Assembly (NCBI GenBank): GCA_030390025.1
Contig: CM059432.1
Coordinates: forward strand, 17,858,001 to 17,922,000
DNA length: 64,000 nucleotides
Direction: 5' to 3'
Source: Squalus acanthias
Lineage: Eukaryota
The notes beneath the pieces were generated by a model that was not told where the DNA came from, ran no database searches, and saw nothing but the letters and a program-made list of their open reading frames with translations. The position numbers and the translations under genes were made by a program. Positions within the stretch are counted from its first letter, which is position 1. Each line of letters opens with the position of its first letter. Of the stretch, positions 1 through 12,438 are shown piece by piece.

Positions 1-130
1 CAATTCTACAGACGAGCAGGGTTCCCACAGATGCAAAGATCAATTGACAGAGCAAGCGGCACTCAAAGCTTTCTCAATTTTATGAACAGAAAAGAGTTTC
101 AAAATATTAAGGTGCAGCTCGTGTGCAATG
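1..130 (+). pseudogene. Degenerate Harbinger transposase fragment
   Basis: Frame +1 FYRRAGFPQMQRSID...FMNRKEFQNIKVQLVCN aligns to FARIAGFPMVQGAID...FRNRKGFHSLNVQLVCD of the intact transposase in this window. Confidence 0.7.
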
Positions 131-144
131 TCAATTACTATCTA

Positions 145-179
145 TATTATATATATATATATATAATATATATATATAT

Positions 180-210
<31 letters not shown>

Positions 211-224
211 ATAACATATATATA
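145..224. repeat. (TA)n/(TG)n microsatellite
   Basis: Direct reading of the sequence. Confidence 0.95.
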
Positions 225-289
225 GAAGGATACATTTATAAAATCCAATTCTCCATTAAATTATCTTATGATTGTGCAGTGACATCATT

Positions 290-520
290 AAAATAATAGC
301 AAAATACTGCGGATGCTGGAAATCTGAAATAACAACAGAAAATGCTGGAAACACTCAGCAGGCCAGGCAGCATCCGTGGAGAGAGAAACAGAGTTAACGT
401 TTCAGGTCTGGGACCCTTCATCAGAACTGGAAAAAGCTGGAGATGTAACAGATATTAAGCAGGTGCAGAGACAGGGTGGGAGGAGAGGAAGGAATTGAAG
501 GGACATACTGTGCTGAGGTA
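290..520 (-). mobile_element. Penelope-like element fragment. Relatives at 1315-1452, 8860-9022 and 36038-36119; a different subfamily at 26035-26160
   Basis: Recurrent block gatgctggaaatctgaaata...cagcaggtcaggcagcatc...gagttaacgtttcaggtc carrying a hammerhead core; inverted arrangement at 1315-1428. Confidence 0.65.
392..428 (-). ncRNA. Minimal type I hammerhead ribozyme motif
   Basis: AGUU CUGAUGA A GGGUC-cca-GACCU GAAACGUU AACU: stem I AGUU/AACU, stem II, palindromic helix III, NUH = GUU. Confidence 0.7.
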
Positions 521-1458
521 AGAGGCAGGAAAGATAACATTTTGCAAATAAATCATAAAAATAATAGATTGCTGAGGGGTGACTGCATGCATCTAAATTA
601 AAGATTTGGAACAGTAATATCCTAATATCTCTTTCTTTGGCTCAGTATCAATTTTTGTCTGATTACGGCCCCGTGAAGGAGCTATATAAATGCAAGTTGC
701 TGTGGTTCGTTTATAAAGAGAATAATGGCCATCTGAGAATGATTATAAGACCTCAATCCAATTACGGGGTTCAGACGGTTGCTATAAACAATAGTAAACA
801 TTGTGGAGTCATTTCAAGGCGGCAATCTCATTGAGGAATTCAAATGATGGTAATTGTAAAAGCAAAATTTAAGCAAATCATAAATATCATTAGAACTTAT
901 GAGATTAGATTATGGCATTGACATTGCTTCCTACCATCTGTTTATTTGAAGATATATAGGCTCTTCCAATTTTCAGATTGGCCCTGGAGACGCAAATGGG
1001 CAGAGAGTGACGTCACGCCGACTTAATGTCACGCACTACGAACTTTGACCAGAGCTCTGAGTTCAGCGCTGGGTCCTAAGCTCGCTCTGAAAAGCGAGCG
1101 TTCAGCACACTGACAGAGATGCTGTCAGCACTTCTTAAAGGGACACACACATCTTTCAGGTAAGTTTGCATTTAAGCTTTTGGACTGGATTTTTTTTATT
1201 TTATTGAAGTAGTGGCTTGGTGCAATACATGTTAAAAGTATTTTAAGTGTGCAGGGAGTGCAGGGAGTACTGCTGGATGGTTGCAAGACATCAGAAGGAA
1301 GGCCTCTGAGAAGACAGAAAATGCTGGGAATATTCAGCAGGTCAGGCAGCATCCGTGGAGAGAGAAACAGAGTTCACATCTCAGGTCGAGCTGCTGCCTG
1401 ACCTGCTGAGTATTTCCAGCATTTTCTGCTTTTATTTCAGAATTACAGCATCCGCTCG

Positions 1459-2400
1459 CAGAGGGAAAAGGAAGAAGCAGAAGAGGAAGAAACAGAAGAG
1501 GAGGAAGCAGAAGAGGAGGAAGCAGAAGGAAGGATGCAACCCAGACAGCCCCTTTCTGGCTGGGATATCCAGGATGAAATCATCCGCCTGCGGTACCAGT
1601 GAACACAACCCCCTTTCAACATTTGTCCCACTCCTTACCCTCACTCCTTATTGACCACCACAGCGTCCTCTTGGCCACAATGCTGAAATAAAATCCACCA
1701 CAAAGCAAACCTTGCAATCCATCTTTATACATCTATGCTATTGAGTAGCTGGGAGTGTGAAATCCAGTGACGGTGTTTCTTCTTCTTCTTCTTCTTCTCT
1801 CTCCTCTCCCTCTTCTTGGTCAAGCACTGGCTCGGCAGGCTGCATTTCTTGGGTGTGTGAAATGAGGAAGGCACAAGGGTGGAGTTGTGGTGAGGGAAGG
1901 GCAGGAAAGCAAGAGGTGTATGTGAGAAGGAGGATAACGTATGAGGAGACCAGCATCTTTTATCCTTTCAGCCCCGCCGCTGGCCAGGGGTTCAGCCATG
2001 CCCCTACCAAGAATGGCCAGCACTGAGGTGAAGCTAGGAATGGGAGGTGTGCTTGTGTTTGGTACAGATTGTTGGTAGGTGAGTGATTGTGGGGGTGTGG
2101 AGGGGGGGGGGGGAGTCGTGCATTGAGCAGTGTGTGAGGCTGGTGGTGCAGTTGATAGGAGACGGCTTATGAAGATGCATTCACTGGCCTTGACTAGTGG
2201 TCTGAGGTCATGAAGCTTCTTTGGGCACTGGAGCCAGGTCGTGGGGGTGACACTGCTGGCAGTGACGGCCTTGGTGATCTGGTCCCACATCCTTCTTTCT
2301 GGAGAGCCTCCTGGCCCCTGTGGATAGAGGACCTCTCTTGCAGTGTTGACCCCCTGAACAAAGCTGGAGTGCTGCATGCTCTGGGTGCCCCTGCCCTAGC
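1459..2400. pseudogene. Internally deleted Harbinger relic: transposase C-terminus (+, 1459-1602) and Myb-like gene remnants (-, ~1740-2380)
   Basis: The + strand gives an acidic run then WDIQDEIIRLRYQ*, like ...RQRLIASRF*. The - strand gives MWDQITKAVTASSVTPTTWLQCPKKLHDL, like VWREVAQSVSSRSMVPRTHTQCRKKFNDL. Same convergent layout as the intact element. Confidence 0.75.
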
Positions 2401-2411
2401 TTAAAGTCATA

Positions 2412-3049
2412 GGGCAGAATTTTCATTGACCCGTGGAGGTGGGTTTGGAGGCGTGTGGGGGGTTAAAATTGTGAAAACTGGCGGGCGGGCACAAGCCTGC
2501 CTCCACGCAACTTTCATTAAATCGTGTCTGCTGGTCCCGACTCCGTCCCGCCTCTAAGTGGCGGGATAGGCTGTTAAGGCCCTTAACAAGCACTAAATTG
2601 CCTCTATAATGCCATTTTGAAAGGCCTTTGTGATTTTAACCATTTTTCTACGTGAAGCACGCCTGTTCTGAACCACAAATGTGAAACCTGGCGGGAACAC
2701 ATTTCGATAGCTGACTATCAGCTGCAGGTTCATTATTATGGTGGTGGCGGCGGTACAAAAATATCTGGGAGCAGACTTAGGGCTGCTGCTGCTCATTTTG
2801 CCTCCAGGTCCTCTCACAGCAAAGGCCAGGCAGTCTCTGAAGACCTTCAATGCAGCAGCAATGATGACATCATCAGCGGCGACTTTCAGACTGAAAACAC
2901 TAATTGGGTCATGGGTTCCCACATGCTGGAACTCAATTGCCCAATTAGGTGAAAATCGCATCAATCTCCCACATCCAATTGCAGTCGGGTGGATAACACA
3001 AAAAGTGGATGACACGACCCCAACCCGCCCCAGTATCAAAATCCAGCCC
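2412..3049. mobile_element. Harbinger MITE, second copy of the 10804-11473 family
   Basis: Ends GGGCAGAATTTT / AAAATCCAGCCC, TSD ATA/ATT. Long collinear similarity to 10804-11473. Confidence 0.85.
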
Positions 3050-3052
3050 ATT

Positions 3053-6000
3053 GAGTTATACAGCACAGAAAGAGGCCCTTCGGCCCATCGGGTCCACGCT
3101 GGCCATCAAGCCCTGTCTATTCTAATCCCATTTTCCAGCACTTGGTCCGTAGCCTTGTATGCTATGGCGTTTCAAGTGCTCATCTAAATGCTTCTTGGAT
3201 GTTGTGAGGGTTCCTGCCTCTACCACCCTTTCAGGCACTGAGTTCCAGATTCCAACCACCCTCTGGGTGAAAAAGTTTGTCCTCAAATCCCCTCTAAACC
3301 TCCTGCCCCTTACCTTGAAACTATGCCCCCTGGTTATTGACCCCTCTACTAAGGGAAAAGTTCCTTTCTATCTACCCTATCTATGCCCCTCATAATTTTG
3401 TACACCTCAATCAGGTCCCCCCTCAGCCTTCTCTGCTCTAAGGAAAACAAGCCCACCCTGTCCAGTCTCTCTTCATAGCTGAAGCGCTCCAGCCCAGGTA
3501 ACATCCTGGTGAATCTCCTCTGCACCCTCTCCAATGCAATCACATCCTTCCTATAGTGTGGCGACCAGAACTGCACACAGTTTTCCAGCTGTGGCCTAAC
3601 TAGCGTTTTGTACAGCTCCATCATAACCTCCCTGCTCTTATATTCTGTGCCTCGGCTAATGAAGGCAAGTATCCCATATGCCTTTTTAACCACCTTATCT
3701 ACCTGTCCTGCTGCCTTCAGGGATCTATGTACATGCACACCAAGGTCCCTCTGATCCTCTGTCCTTCCTAGGGTCCTACCATTCATTGTGTATTCCCTTG
3801 CCCTGTTAGTCCTCCCAAAATGCATCACCTCACACTTTTCAGGGTTAAATTCCATTTGCCATTGTTCTGCCCATCTGACCAACCCGTCTATATCGTCCTG
3901 TAGCCTAAGGCTTCCCTCCTCGCTATTTACCACTCCACCAATTTTCGTGTCATCTGCGAACTTACTGATCATACCTCCTACATTCATATGTAAATCATTA
4001 ATATACACTACAAACAGCAAAGGACCCAGCACCGATCCCTGTGGTACACCACTGGACACAGGCTTCCAGTCACAAAAACAACCTTCGACCATCACCCTCT
4101 GCCTCCTGCCACTAAGCCAATTTTGGATCCAATGTGCCAAATTGCCCTGGATCCCAAGGGCTCTTATTTCTTGACCAGTCTCCCATGTGGGACTTTGTCA
4201 AAAGCCTTACTGAAGTCCATATAGACTACATCAACTGCACTACCCTCATCCACACACCTCGAAAAATTCAATCAAATTGGTTAGACATGATCTCCCCCTG
4301 ACAAAGCCATGCTGACTATCCTTGATTAATCCTTGCCTCTCCAAGTGGAGACTAATTCTGTTCCTCAGAATTTTTTCCAATAATTTCCCTACCACTGATG
4401 TTAGGCTCACTGGCCTGTAATTCCCTGGTTTATCCCTACTACCCTTCTTGAATAATGATACTATGTTAGCTGTCCTCCAGTCCTCTGGCACCTCCCCTGT
4501 GGCCAGAGAGGTTCTGAAAATTTGTGTCAGAGCCCCTGCAATCTCCTCCCTTGCCTCACACAGCAGCCTGGGATACATCTCATCTGGGCCTGGGGATTTA
4601 TCCACTTTTAAGCCCGCTAAAACCGCTAGTACCTCCTCCCTCTCAAAACTAATTTGTTCAAGTATATCACAATCCCCCTGCCTGATTTCTATGCCTACAT
4701 CGGCCTTCTCCATAGTGAACACAGATGCAAAATATTCATTTAAAACCTTACCTACATCTTCCGGCTCTACACACAGATTGCCACTTTGGTCCCTAATGGG
4801 CCCTACTCTTTCCCTGGTTATCCTCTTGCCCTTAATATACTTATAAAACACCTTGGGATTTTCCTTTATTTTGCCCGCCAATGTTTTTTCATGCCCCCTC
4901 TTCGCTCTCCTAATTTCTTTTTTAAGTACCCCCCTGCACTTTCTATACTCCTCTCGGGCTGCCACTGTTTTTAGTCCTTTGTATCTGCCAAAACCCTCCC
5001 TTTTTTTCCTAATCCATTCTTGTATATCCCTTGACATCCAGGGTTCCCTGGGCTTGTTGGTCCCGCCCTTGACCTTTACGGGAACATGTTGGCGTTGTAC
5101 TCTCTCATTTCCTTTCTGAAAGACTCCCACTGCTCTGATGTGGATTTTCCTACAAGTAGCTGATCCCAGTCCACTTTGGCCAGATCCTGCCTTATCATAT
5201 TAAAATCAGCCTTCCCCCAATTTAAAACCTTTATTTCCGGTCCATCTTTGTCCTTTTCCATGACTACCTTAAATCTCACCGAATTATGGTCACTGTCACC
5301 AAAATGCTCTCCTACTGACACTTCTACCACTTGCCCGGCTACATTCCCTAGAATTAGGTCCAGTACCACCCCCTCTCTTGTAGGACTTTCTACATGCTGG
5401 CTTAAAAAGCTCTCCTGGATGCACTTTAAGAATTCCGCACCCTCTAAGCCTTTCACACTCTGACTATCCCAGTTAATATTGGGGAAGTTGAAATCCCCTA
5501 CTATTATTACCCTATTATTTCTACACTTCTCTGAGATTTGCCTACGTATCTGTTCCTCTATCTCCCCCTGACTGTTTGGGGGCCTATAGTACACTCCCTG
5601 CAAAGTGCTTTCCCCCTTTTTGTTTTTAAGTTCTACCCATATGGCCTCATTAGAGGAATCTGCTAAGATATCATCCCTCCTTACAGCAGTAATTGACTCC
5701 TTGATTAATATTGCGACACCCCCTCCTCTTTTACACCCCCCTCTGTCTCGCCTGAAGATTCTATACCCTGGAATATTGAGCTGCCAGTCCTGCCCCTCCC
5801 TCAACCATGTCTCTGTGATAGCAACAATATCATACTCCCATGTGTTCATCAACACCTTCAATTCATCTGCCTCCTTGCATTAAAATAAATGCCATCTGGC
5901 CTTGCCATACTCCCTTGTGCCATTACATATTTGCTCTGCCTTCCAGGCTGACTTGTTTTTTTCTCTATATTTGGCTGTGCATCACCCTCTACTATAGCTC

Positions 6001-7290
6001 CACTCCGTATCCCATCCCCCTGCCAAGTCAGTTTAAACCCCCCCCCAACAGTACTAGCAAACCTCCCCGCAAGGATATTGGTCCCGTTCCGGTTCAGGTG
6101 CAACCCGTCCGACTTGTACAGGTCCCACCTTCCCCAGAAGCAGACCCAGTGATCCAGGAAACTAAAGCCCTCCCTCCTGCTCCAACTCTTTAGCCACACA
6201 TTCATCTGCTCTATCCTCCTATTCCTATACTCACTAGCACGTGGCACCGGGAGTAATCCAGAGATTACAACCTTTGAGGTCCTGCTTTTTAATCTGCTAC
6301 CTAGCTCCCTAAATTCTTGTTGCAGGACCTCATCTCTCTTTCTACCTATGTCGTTGGTACCAATGTGACCCACGACCTCTGACTGTTCGCCCTTCCCCTT
6401 CAGAATGCCCTGCAGCCGTTCAGTGACATCCTTGACCCTGGCACCAGGGAGGCAACATATCATCCTGGAGTCACGTCTATGGCCACAGAAACGTCTATCT
6501 GTTTCCCTTACAATAGAATCCCCTATCACTATTGCTCTCCCGCTCTTTTTCCTGTGCAGCTGAGCCACTCATAGTGCCACGGACTTGGCTCTTGCTGCAT
6601 TCCCCTGAGAAACCATCTCCCCCAGCAGTATCCGAAACGGAAAATCTGTTGGAGAGGGAGATGGACCCAGGGGACTCCTGCACTACCTTCCTAGTTCTTT
6701 TACTCTGTCTGGCGGTCACCCATTCCCTGTCTGCCTGTGCACTCTTTACCTGTGGTGTGACCACCTCAGCTTCGCGGATGCTCCACAGTGACTCCAGCTG
6801 CAGCTCCAGCTCCAAAATGCAGATTTCGAGTAGCTGCAGCTGGAGACACTTCCTGCACATGTGTTCGCCCTGGACACCGAAATTGTCCCTGACTTCCCAC
6901 ATAGCACAGGAGGAGCACTCCACGCTGCCGAGCTGCCCTGCCATGTCCAACCCTTAATTTACTCCCTTTACTTCCTTTAAATGAAAGAATATTAAATACA
7001 CTTGGGACCTCACTTCCTTTAAACACTACTTACTCTAAACTAGAGACCTTACTTTTACTTTAACGACTGGACTGTAGAAATACTCACCAGGTCCTACTTA
7101 CCAATCAGCTCCTTTCCTGGTTGTGACGTCACTTTAGCGGTCTCGCAGTTGTTGTTGTTTGACTGCTCCCGCTCTCGGACTCTTTCCCAACTTGCAGCAC
7201 TCCGTCAGGCCTCCTCTGCAGTGCTCCTTTTATGGCCGATCTGCCTTCTATCAGGTCCCGCTGCCACTCCCACACAGGTCCGCCTCCTCC
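3053..7290 (-). mobile_element. Near-full-length CR1 LINE with frameshifted ORF1 and ORF2
   Basis: ORF1: Cys-rich region (CSSCAMW...CRKC, 6495-6950) and SGNH esterase (VIGDSIVR, HIGTNDIG, DGLHLN, 5858-6568). ORF2: APE endonuclease (ITETW, GDFN, SDH, 5076-5861) and RT (4246-5130 and 3349-4140, FADD). CR1 3' stem-loop near 3060-3100. 5' boundary approximate. Confidence 0.92.
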
Positions 7291-9025
7291 GCTTGCTGGG
7301 CCATTTGTGTTAGTGCTGAAGCAATTTTCCCATTTTTATTAGGTGCGGAAGGGAATTCAGCTTTAAGAGCTGAAGACTCCCATTTGGAAATTCTTTTTAA
7401 TGTTAATTTATTTTCCAGAAGGCAGTTGAGCTGTAAGGGCTACAGACTGACTACTTTTACATGATTTTTATTTTTTTCATTTCAGAAGGCAGCTCCCCTT
7501 TAAAAGACCGAACAGATTTCTGAAATGACACTACAGCTTCGAATCACGCCACATTCGAATGAACGCCACCGGAATGGTGTTGCATGGTAATTTTATCCTG
7601 GGCTAATGTTAATTAGCCACCAGCGCCAATTTACCGGTCCTGCCAGCGTCACCATTTTCGACAGCCGTTAACATCAGCAGCTTTTTAGCATTATCGAATT
7701 TTTAGCCCCTTGTTTTGTTTCATTTTTACTCCTTGTTGTTCTTCCTCAATTTTACGTCTCTACGACCACTGCTGCCCTCCTTTGTCAGTAAAATGGAAGA
7801 TTCCTGTCCACAAATAGTTCCTCCATTGCCCTGAATTCTGCTCCTTGACTTGCATTCTCCCCCCACCCTCCCAATACAAGCAAGTCTTCTAAAAACTGTT
7901 CCCCTAGAAGCAGGAGCTACAATTACAAACAACAGAGCGACTGGAATTTCAACAGAACTCCCATTACTCTAGCGCTGTAATTGCTGGGTCATCCAATGTC
8001 CTGGATGGCTGGAATTTATAACATTTACAAATGATTATGTAGGTCAATGTAGATCAATGAAGGTGTTAAAGATGTCGACTGGAGTGGCCTGGTTAACAAA
8101 AGTGGAATCTGTGCCTGTTGAGTTCCTTTGCATGTATTGATTAAAATTGTAGCTAGTAAATCTGTCAACAACATTGGCTAATCTTGAGTTAGAGCTCAAT
8201 TTGGAAATGCTCCAACATCAAGTCTACGCTCGAAGCACAGGGTTAGCACAGACTGATTCAGTGGAAAACAAGGCAACGCACAGCCATCAGCATTTGAAAT
8301 CTCAAATGACAGCCATTACTTGAGTTGCTTGTGTTTGACGACTCACACTGGCCTGCAGTACAAGTCAGCAAATATTAATTGATCGTCCAACACGTTTCTT
8401 TGGGTCACTGATGGGCCCTATGGTTAATTATCTCAACACCTCCCTCAGACGGAGCTATTCTTCCTGGGTGGTTAAACAAATACAGATTCCACTAACCATA
8501 TTTGAGTTTAACTGTGTCCGCCCAAGACTTCATGAGACCTATTACTTATGGACTGAAACCATTTATCACTTAACAATAGTTCAGTCGCAGAACTAAACAA
8601 GAAAGAAAGAGTGAACCCCTCTTCTGTAACCCAACCACCTGACTATATAATTATTTCGACTAACAGAAACCTACTTAAAACATACAACCAAAATTCACCA
8701 AGTACATAAATTAAATAGGATGCACGCAGTAACCTTAATAGGATTCAGACTGGCTACAGTTTTACTGGTATTCACGCTGAGGTGATAGGATATCACCGTC
8801 AAGTATTGACTGTGGGCAATATTAACGACAATTAACACATTGATATTTCATTACGCTGCACCTTCATCCCTTTTATCATTTAATCACTCCTGCCCTCCAC
8901 CCTATCACGGAACTCTCCCTTTTGTTCTATCCCGGTTCCCCTTTTCCCTGGCTCTGTATTTGCTTCAAACCTGTTCATCTCCAACATCTTCCAGTTCTGA
9001 TGAAAGGTCATCGACCTAAAACATT

Positions 9026-9380
9026 GGGGGCAATTTTAACCCCCAAAAACGGGTAGGTTTGGTTCGGGTGAGAAATTAAAAAAATTTTAAATTTCAAATC
9101 CGACTCCAGACTGCCTCGAACCTGCCGACTTCTGGTTTTCACAGAGGCGGGACGGGGTCGGGGTCGGGGTCAGGCGACCACATTGTTCCCAGGCGGCGGA
9201 TCGGTCAGTAAATCCTCTTAAGGAGGCTGCACGTCTCCATTTTAACTACCTTTTTATTTTTAACTTATGTCGGCCCGGTATCCCAGACCTCGGGAAACCC
9301 GGCAGGGAAAAGGAGGCGAGAAGGGCTGGATCCTTATTGCACTGCTTGTGGGCCAGGAAGAGCAGGAGTGTTTCCTACTC
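9026..9380. mobile_element. Truncated Harbinger-type MITE (left end only)
   Basis: Starts GGGGGCAATTTT with a GC-rich body. No right TIR found. Confidence 0.45.
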
Positions 9381-9739
9381 TTCAAAATTACTTAATTGAC
9401 TGTAAAGTGCTTTGAGACGCCCGGAGGTCATGAAAGGTGCTATATAGATGCAAGCCTTTCTTTTACTAATTATATTGAGTAACTGTCATCTATTTTGAGG
9501 AACAGAAAAAAATAATCAGCAAATGCCAACCGAAGGCCAGCTTGAGATACTGGAACTATTTCCACTGGACCAGAAAAGGCCAAGCTGAAATGTAATTGAG
9601 ATTTTTAAAATTATGAAAGGGTGAACAGGGAAAGTCTATATCCAATGGTTGGCAAGCAAGTGATTTGGGGTCATCAATTTAAATGTCACAAAGTGAGGAG
9701 AGAGATTTGGAAAGGGAAGGGTTCAGGTAGGTTGGGTGA

Positions 9740-10040
9740 TTGGAGAGAAACTGTTGCCAGTGGCGGAAGGGTCGAGAACCAGAGGACACAGGTTTAAGGT
9801 GATTGGCAGAAGAACCAAAGGCGACATGAGGAAAAACTTTTTTATGCAGCGAGTGGTTAGGATCTGGAATGCACTGCCTGAGAGGGTGGTGGAGGCTGAT
9901 TCAATAGTGGCTTTCAAAAGGGAATTGGATAAGTACCTGAAGGAAAAATATTTGTAGGGCTACAGGGAAAGGGCGGGGGAGTGGGACTAGCTGAAGTCCT
10001 CCTTCTGTGCTGTAACCATTCTATGATTCTATGATTCTAT
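9740..10040 (+). mobile_element. CR1 3' end
   Basis: RTRGHRFK...NFFMQRVVRIWN; (attctatg)n tail. Confidence 0.8.
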
Positions 10041-10282
10041 GGGGGTCAGGGGGCATAGCCAGGTCATGATGATGTCACAGGGTCAGAGATTACAGGTGTG
10101 ATTTGGGGCAGTGCAAGGCTCAAGGTAGTGGGCTCACTATCTTGAGCCTTGCACTGCCACCAGAGTAAGCAAACAGGGCAGGTGGGCTCGGATAGGTTGA
10201 GACCTGGAATTGGGAAGCAAGCTATTACAACATCAGGAAAAACAGAATAGAGTGGGTGGGGAAGGGGCAGGTAGGCAGGTAG

Positions 10283-10506
10283 GAGTTTGCACATTCTCCC
10301 CGTGTCTGCGTGGGTTTCCTCCGGGTACTCCGGTTTCCTCCCACAGTCCAAAGATGTGCGGGTTAGGTTGATTTGGCTATGATAAATTGACCCTTAGTGT
10401 TAGGGGGTATTAAATACGTGGGGTTACGGGGATAGGGTGGGATATGTGTCGGTGCAGGCTCGATGGGCCGAAATGGCCTCTATCTGCACTGTAGGGATTC
10501 TGTGAT
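10283..10506 (+). mobile_element. HE1-type V-SINE, 5'-truncated
   Basis: V-domain ggagtttgcacattctccccgtgtctgcgtgggtttcctccgggtactccggtttcctcccacagtccaaagatgtgc and a CR1-like 3' tail. Confidence 0.85.
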
Positions 10507-10803
10507 AAAGCCTGAAAATGGCAGGAAGATCCTAGGTGCCCTGCTTACTGGATGAAAAACTCAAAAACATGGTTTTAAGCACCCAATCAACACCTGAAAA
10601 AAGCCAAATGACAGATGAAACTTGGAACAACTCGGACTACAGTCATGGGAGGCCTGCAATTAAAGTGTGACAGGCAAATAGGCTTTATCCATGATAAATA
10701 TATTGACATACTTGCGTAGCTTCCCTCGCATTATAAATATTTAAATTTCCATTTTAAAGATTTACTCAAAAATAGTGACAACTGGCGGTTTTGTGGACAA
10801 TAA

Positions 10804-11473
10804 GGGCTGGATTTTCATTGACCCGTGGAGGCGGGTTTGGAGGCGTGTGGGGGGTTAAAATTGCGAAAAGTGGCGGGCGGGCGGGCACAAGTCTGCCTCC
10901 ATCCCGCCTCCACGCAATTTTGATAAAATCGTGTCTGTTGGTCCCGCCTGCGCCCCGCCTTTAAGAGACGGGATAAGCTGTTAAGGCCCTTAACAAGCAC
11001 TAAATTGGCTCTATAATGCCATTTTGAAAGGCCTTATGTGATTTTAACCCTTGTTCTACGTGAAGCACGCCTGTTCTGAAACACGATTGTGAAACCTGGC
11101 GGGAGCACATGTGGATAGCTGAATATCAGTGGCTGCACTGAGTATCAGTGAGTGGCTGGCTGGCATCTGGGAGTGGTGGAGCAAAAAATAAATTCTCTCT
11201 CTCTCTCTCTCTCTCCTGCTCATTTTTCATCCAGGTCCTCTCACAGCAAAGGCCAGGCAGTCTCTGACCTTCAATGCAGCAGCAATGATGACATCATCAG
11301 AGGTGACTTTCAGACTGAAACCACTAATTGGTTCATGGGTTCCCACATGCTGGAACTCAATTGCCCAATTAGTTGAAAATTGCATCAATCTCCCACATCC
11401 AATTGCAGTCGGGTGGATAACACGAAATGCGGATGACACGACCCCAACCCGCCCCAGTATCAAAATCCAGCCC
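10804..11473. mobile_element. Harbinger MITE (GGGCTGGATTTT family)
   Basis: TIR GGGCTGGATTTT / AAAATCCAGCCC, perfect TSD TAA. Homologous to 2412-3049. Confidence 0.9.
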
Positions 11474-11972
11474 TAAGTGTGTGCAATATGCAAGACGTTT
11501 AATATACACACACACGCGCACACACAAGCAGATCTCACATGGAGCTTCTCACAGTGAGACAGGGGTTATGCTTTATCAAGATTACAAACAAACTCAAACT
11601 TCTCACAAAAGTCAACAAACTTTTCAACCAGTTAATTCATCCCGAGCAACCAAGTTCTGCTCTAACAGCAATACCCTATCCCCTCGACAACACTGCGAGG
11701 AAAGGTAACAGTCGACTACAGTTTTATGGGGGAGCGGAAGCAATGGTGATCATTACCCGTGTTGCGATGTATAATTGTGTTTTGTACTGTCTAATGTAGT
11801 TGTATATTTTATAATTGCTTAATATAATTGTATTACTTAAAGCTAGGCCTGAACTGCAAGAACGAATACTTGTATCCTCTATACTGTCAAACAAAAATCC
11901 ACAAAACTGGTAACCCCAATGAAACAAAAAGCATTTTAGAATGGCTCTTGATGGGGGTGGGGGAACTAATTG

Positions 11973-12438
11973 AAAGAAAGACTTGCATTTCTATCGCGCC
12001 TTTCACGACCACCGGACGTCTCAAAGCGCTTTACAGCCAATGAAGTACTTTTGAAGTGGAGTCACTGTTGTAATGTGGGAAACATGGCAGCCAATTTGCA
12101 CACAGCAAGCTCCCACAAACAGCAATGTGATAACGACCAGATCATCTGTTTTTGTTATGTTGGTTGAGGGATAAATATTGGCCAGGACACCGGGGATAAC
12201 TCCCCTGCTCTTCTTCAAAATAGTGCCATAAGATCTTTTATGTCACCTGAGAGAGCAGACGGGGCCTCGGTTTAACGTCTCATCCAAAAGACGGCACCTC
12301 AGACAGTGCAGCACTCCCTCAGCACTGCACTGGAGTGTCAGCCTAGCTTTCTGTGCTCAAAGTCCCTGGAGTGGTACTTGAACCGACATCCTTCTGACTC
12401 AGAGGCGAGTGTGCTACCCACTGAACCACGGCTGACAC
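11973..12438 (-). mobile_element. tRNA-derived DeuSINE (SacSINE1-like), full length
   Basis: tRNA head with A box (ttcagtgggtag) and B box (ggttcaagta), Deu-like core (gagacgttaaaccgaggccccgtctg), and L2-like tail aaggcgc.atag/taaatgcaagtc. Confidence 0.85.

Noticed and set aside
1355..1654. Lys/Arg-rich 99-aa ORF
   Set aside because: Off-frame reading of the Glu-rich Harbinger transposase tail joined to a Penelope fragment.
12380..12438. tRNA genes at SINE heads
   Set aside because: The A/B boxes run directly into SINE bodies, so they are tRNA-derived heads, not tRNA genes.
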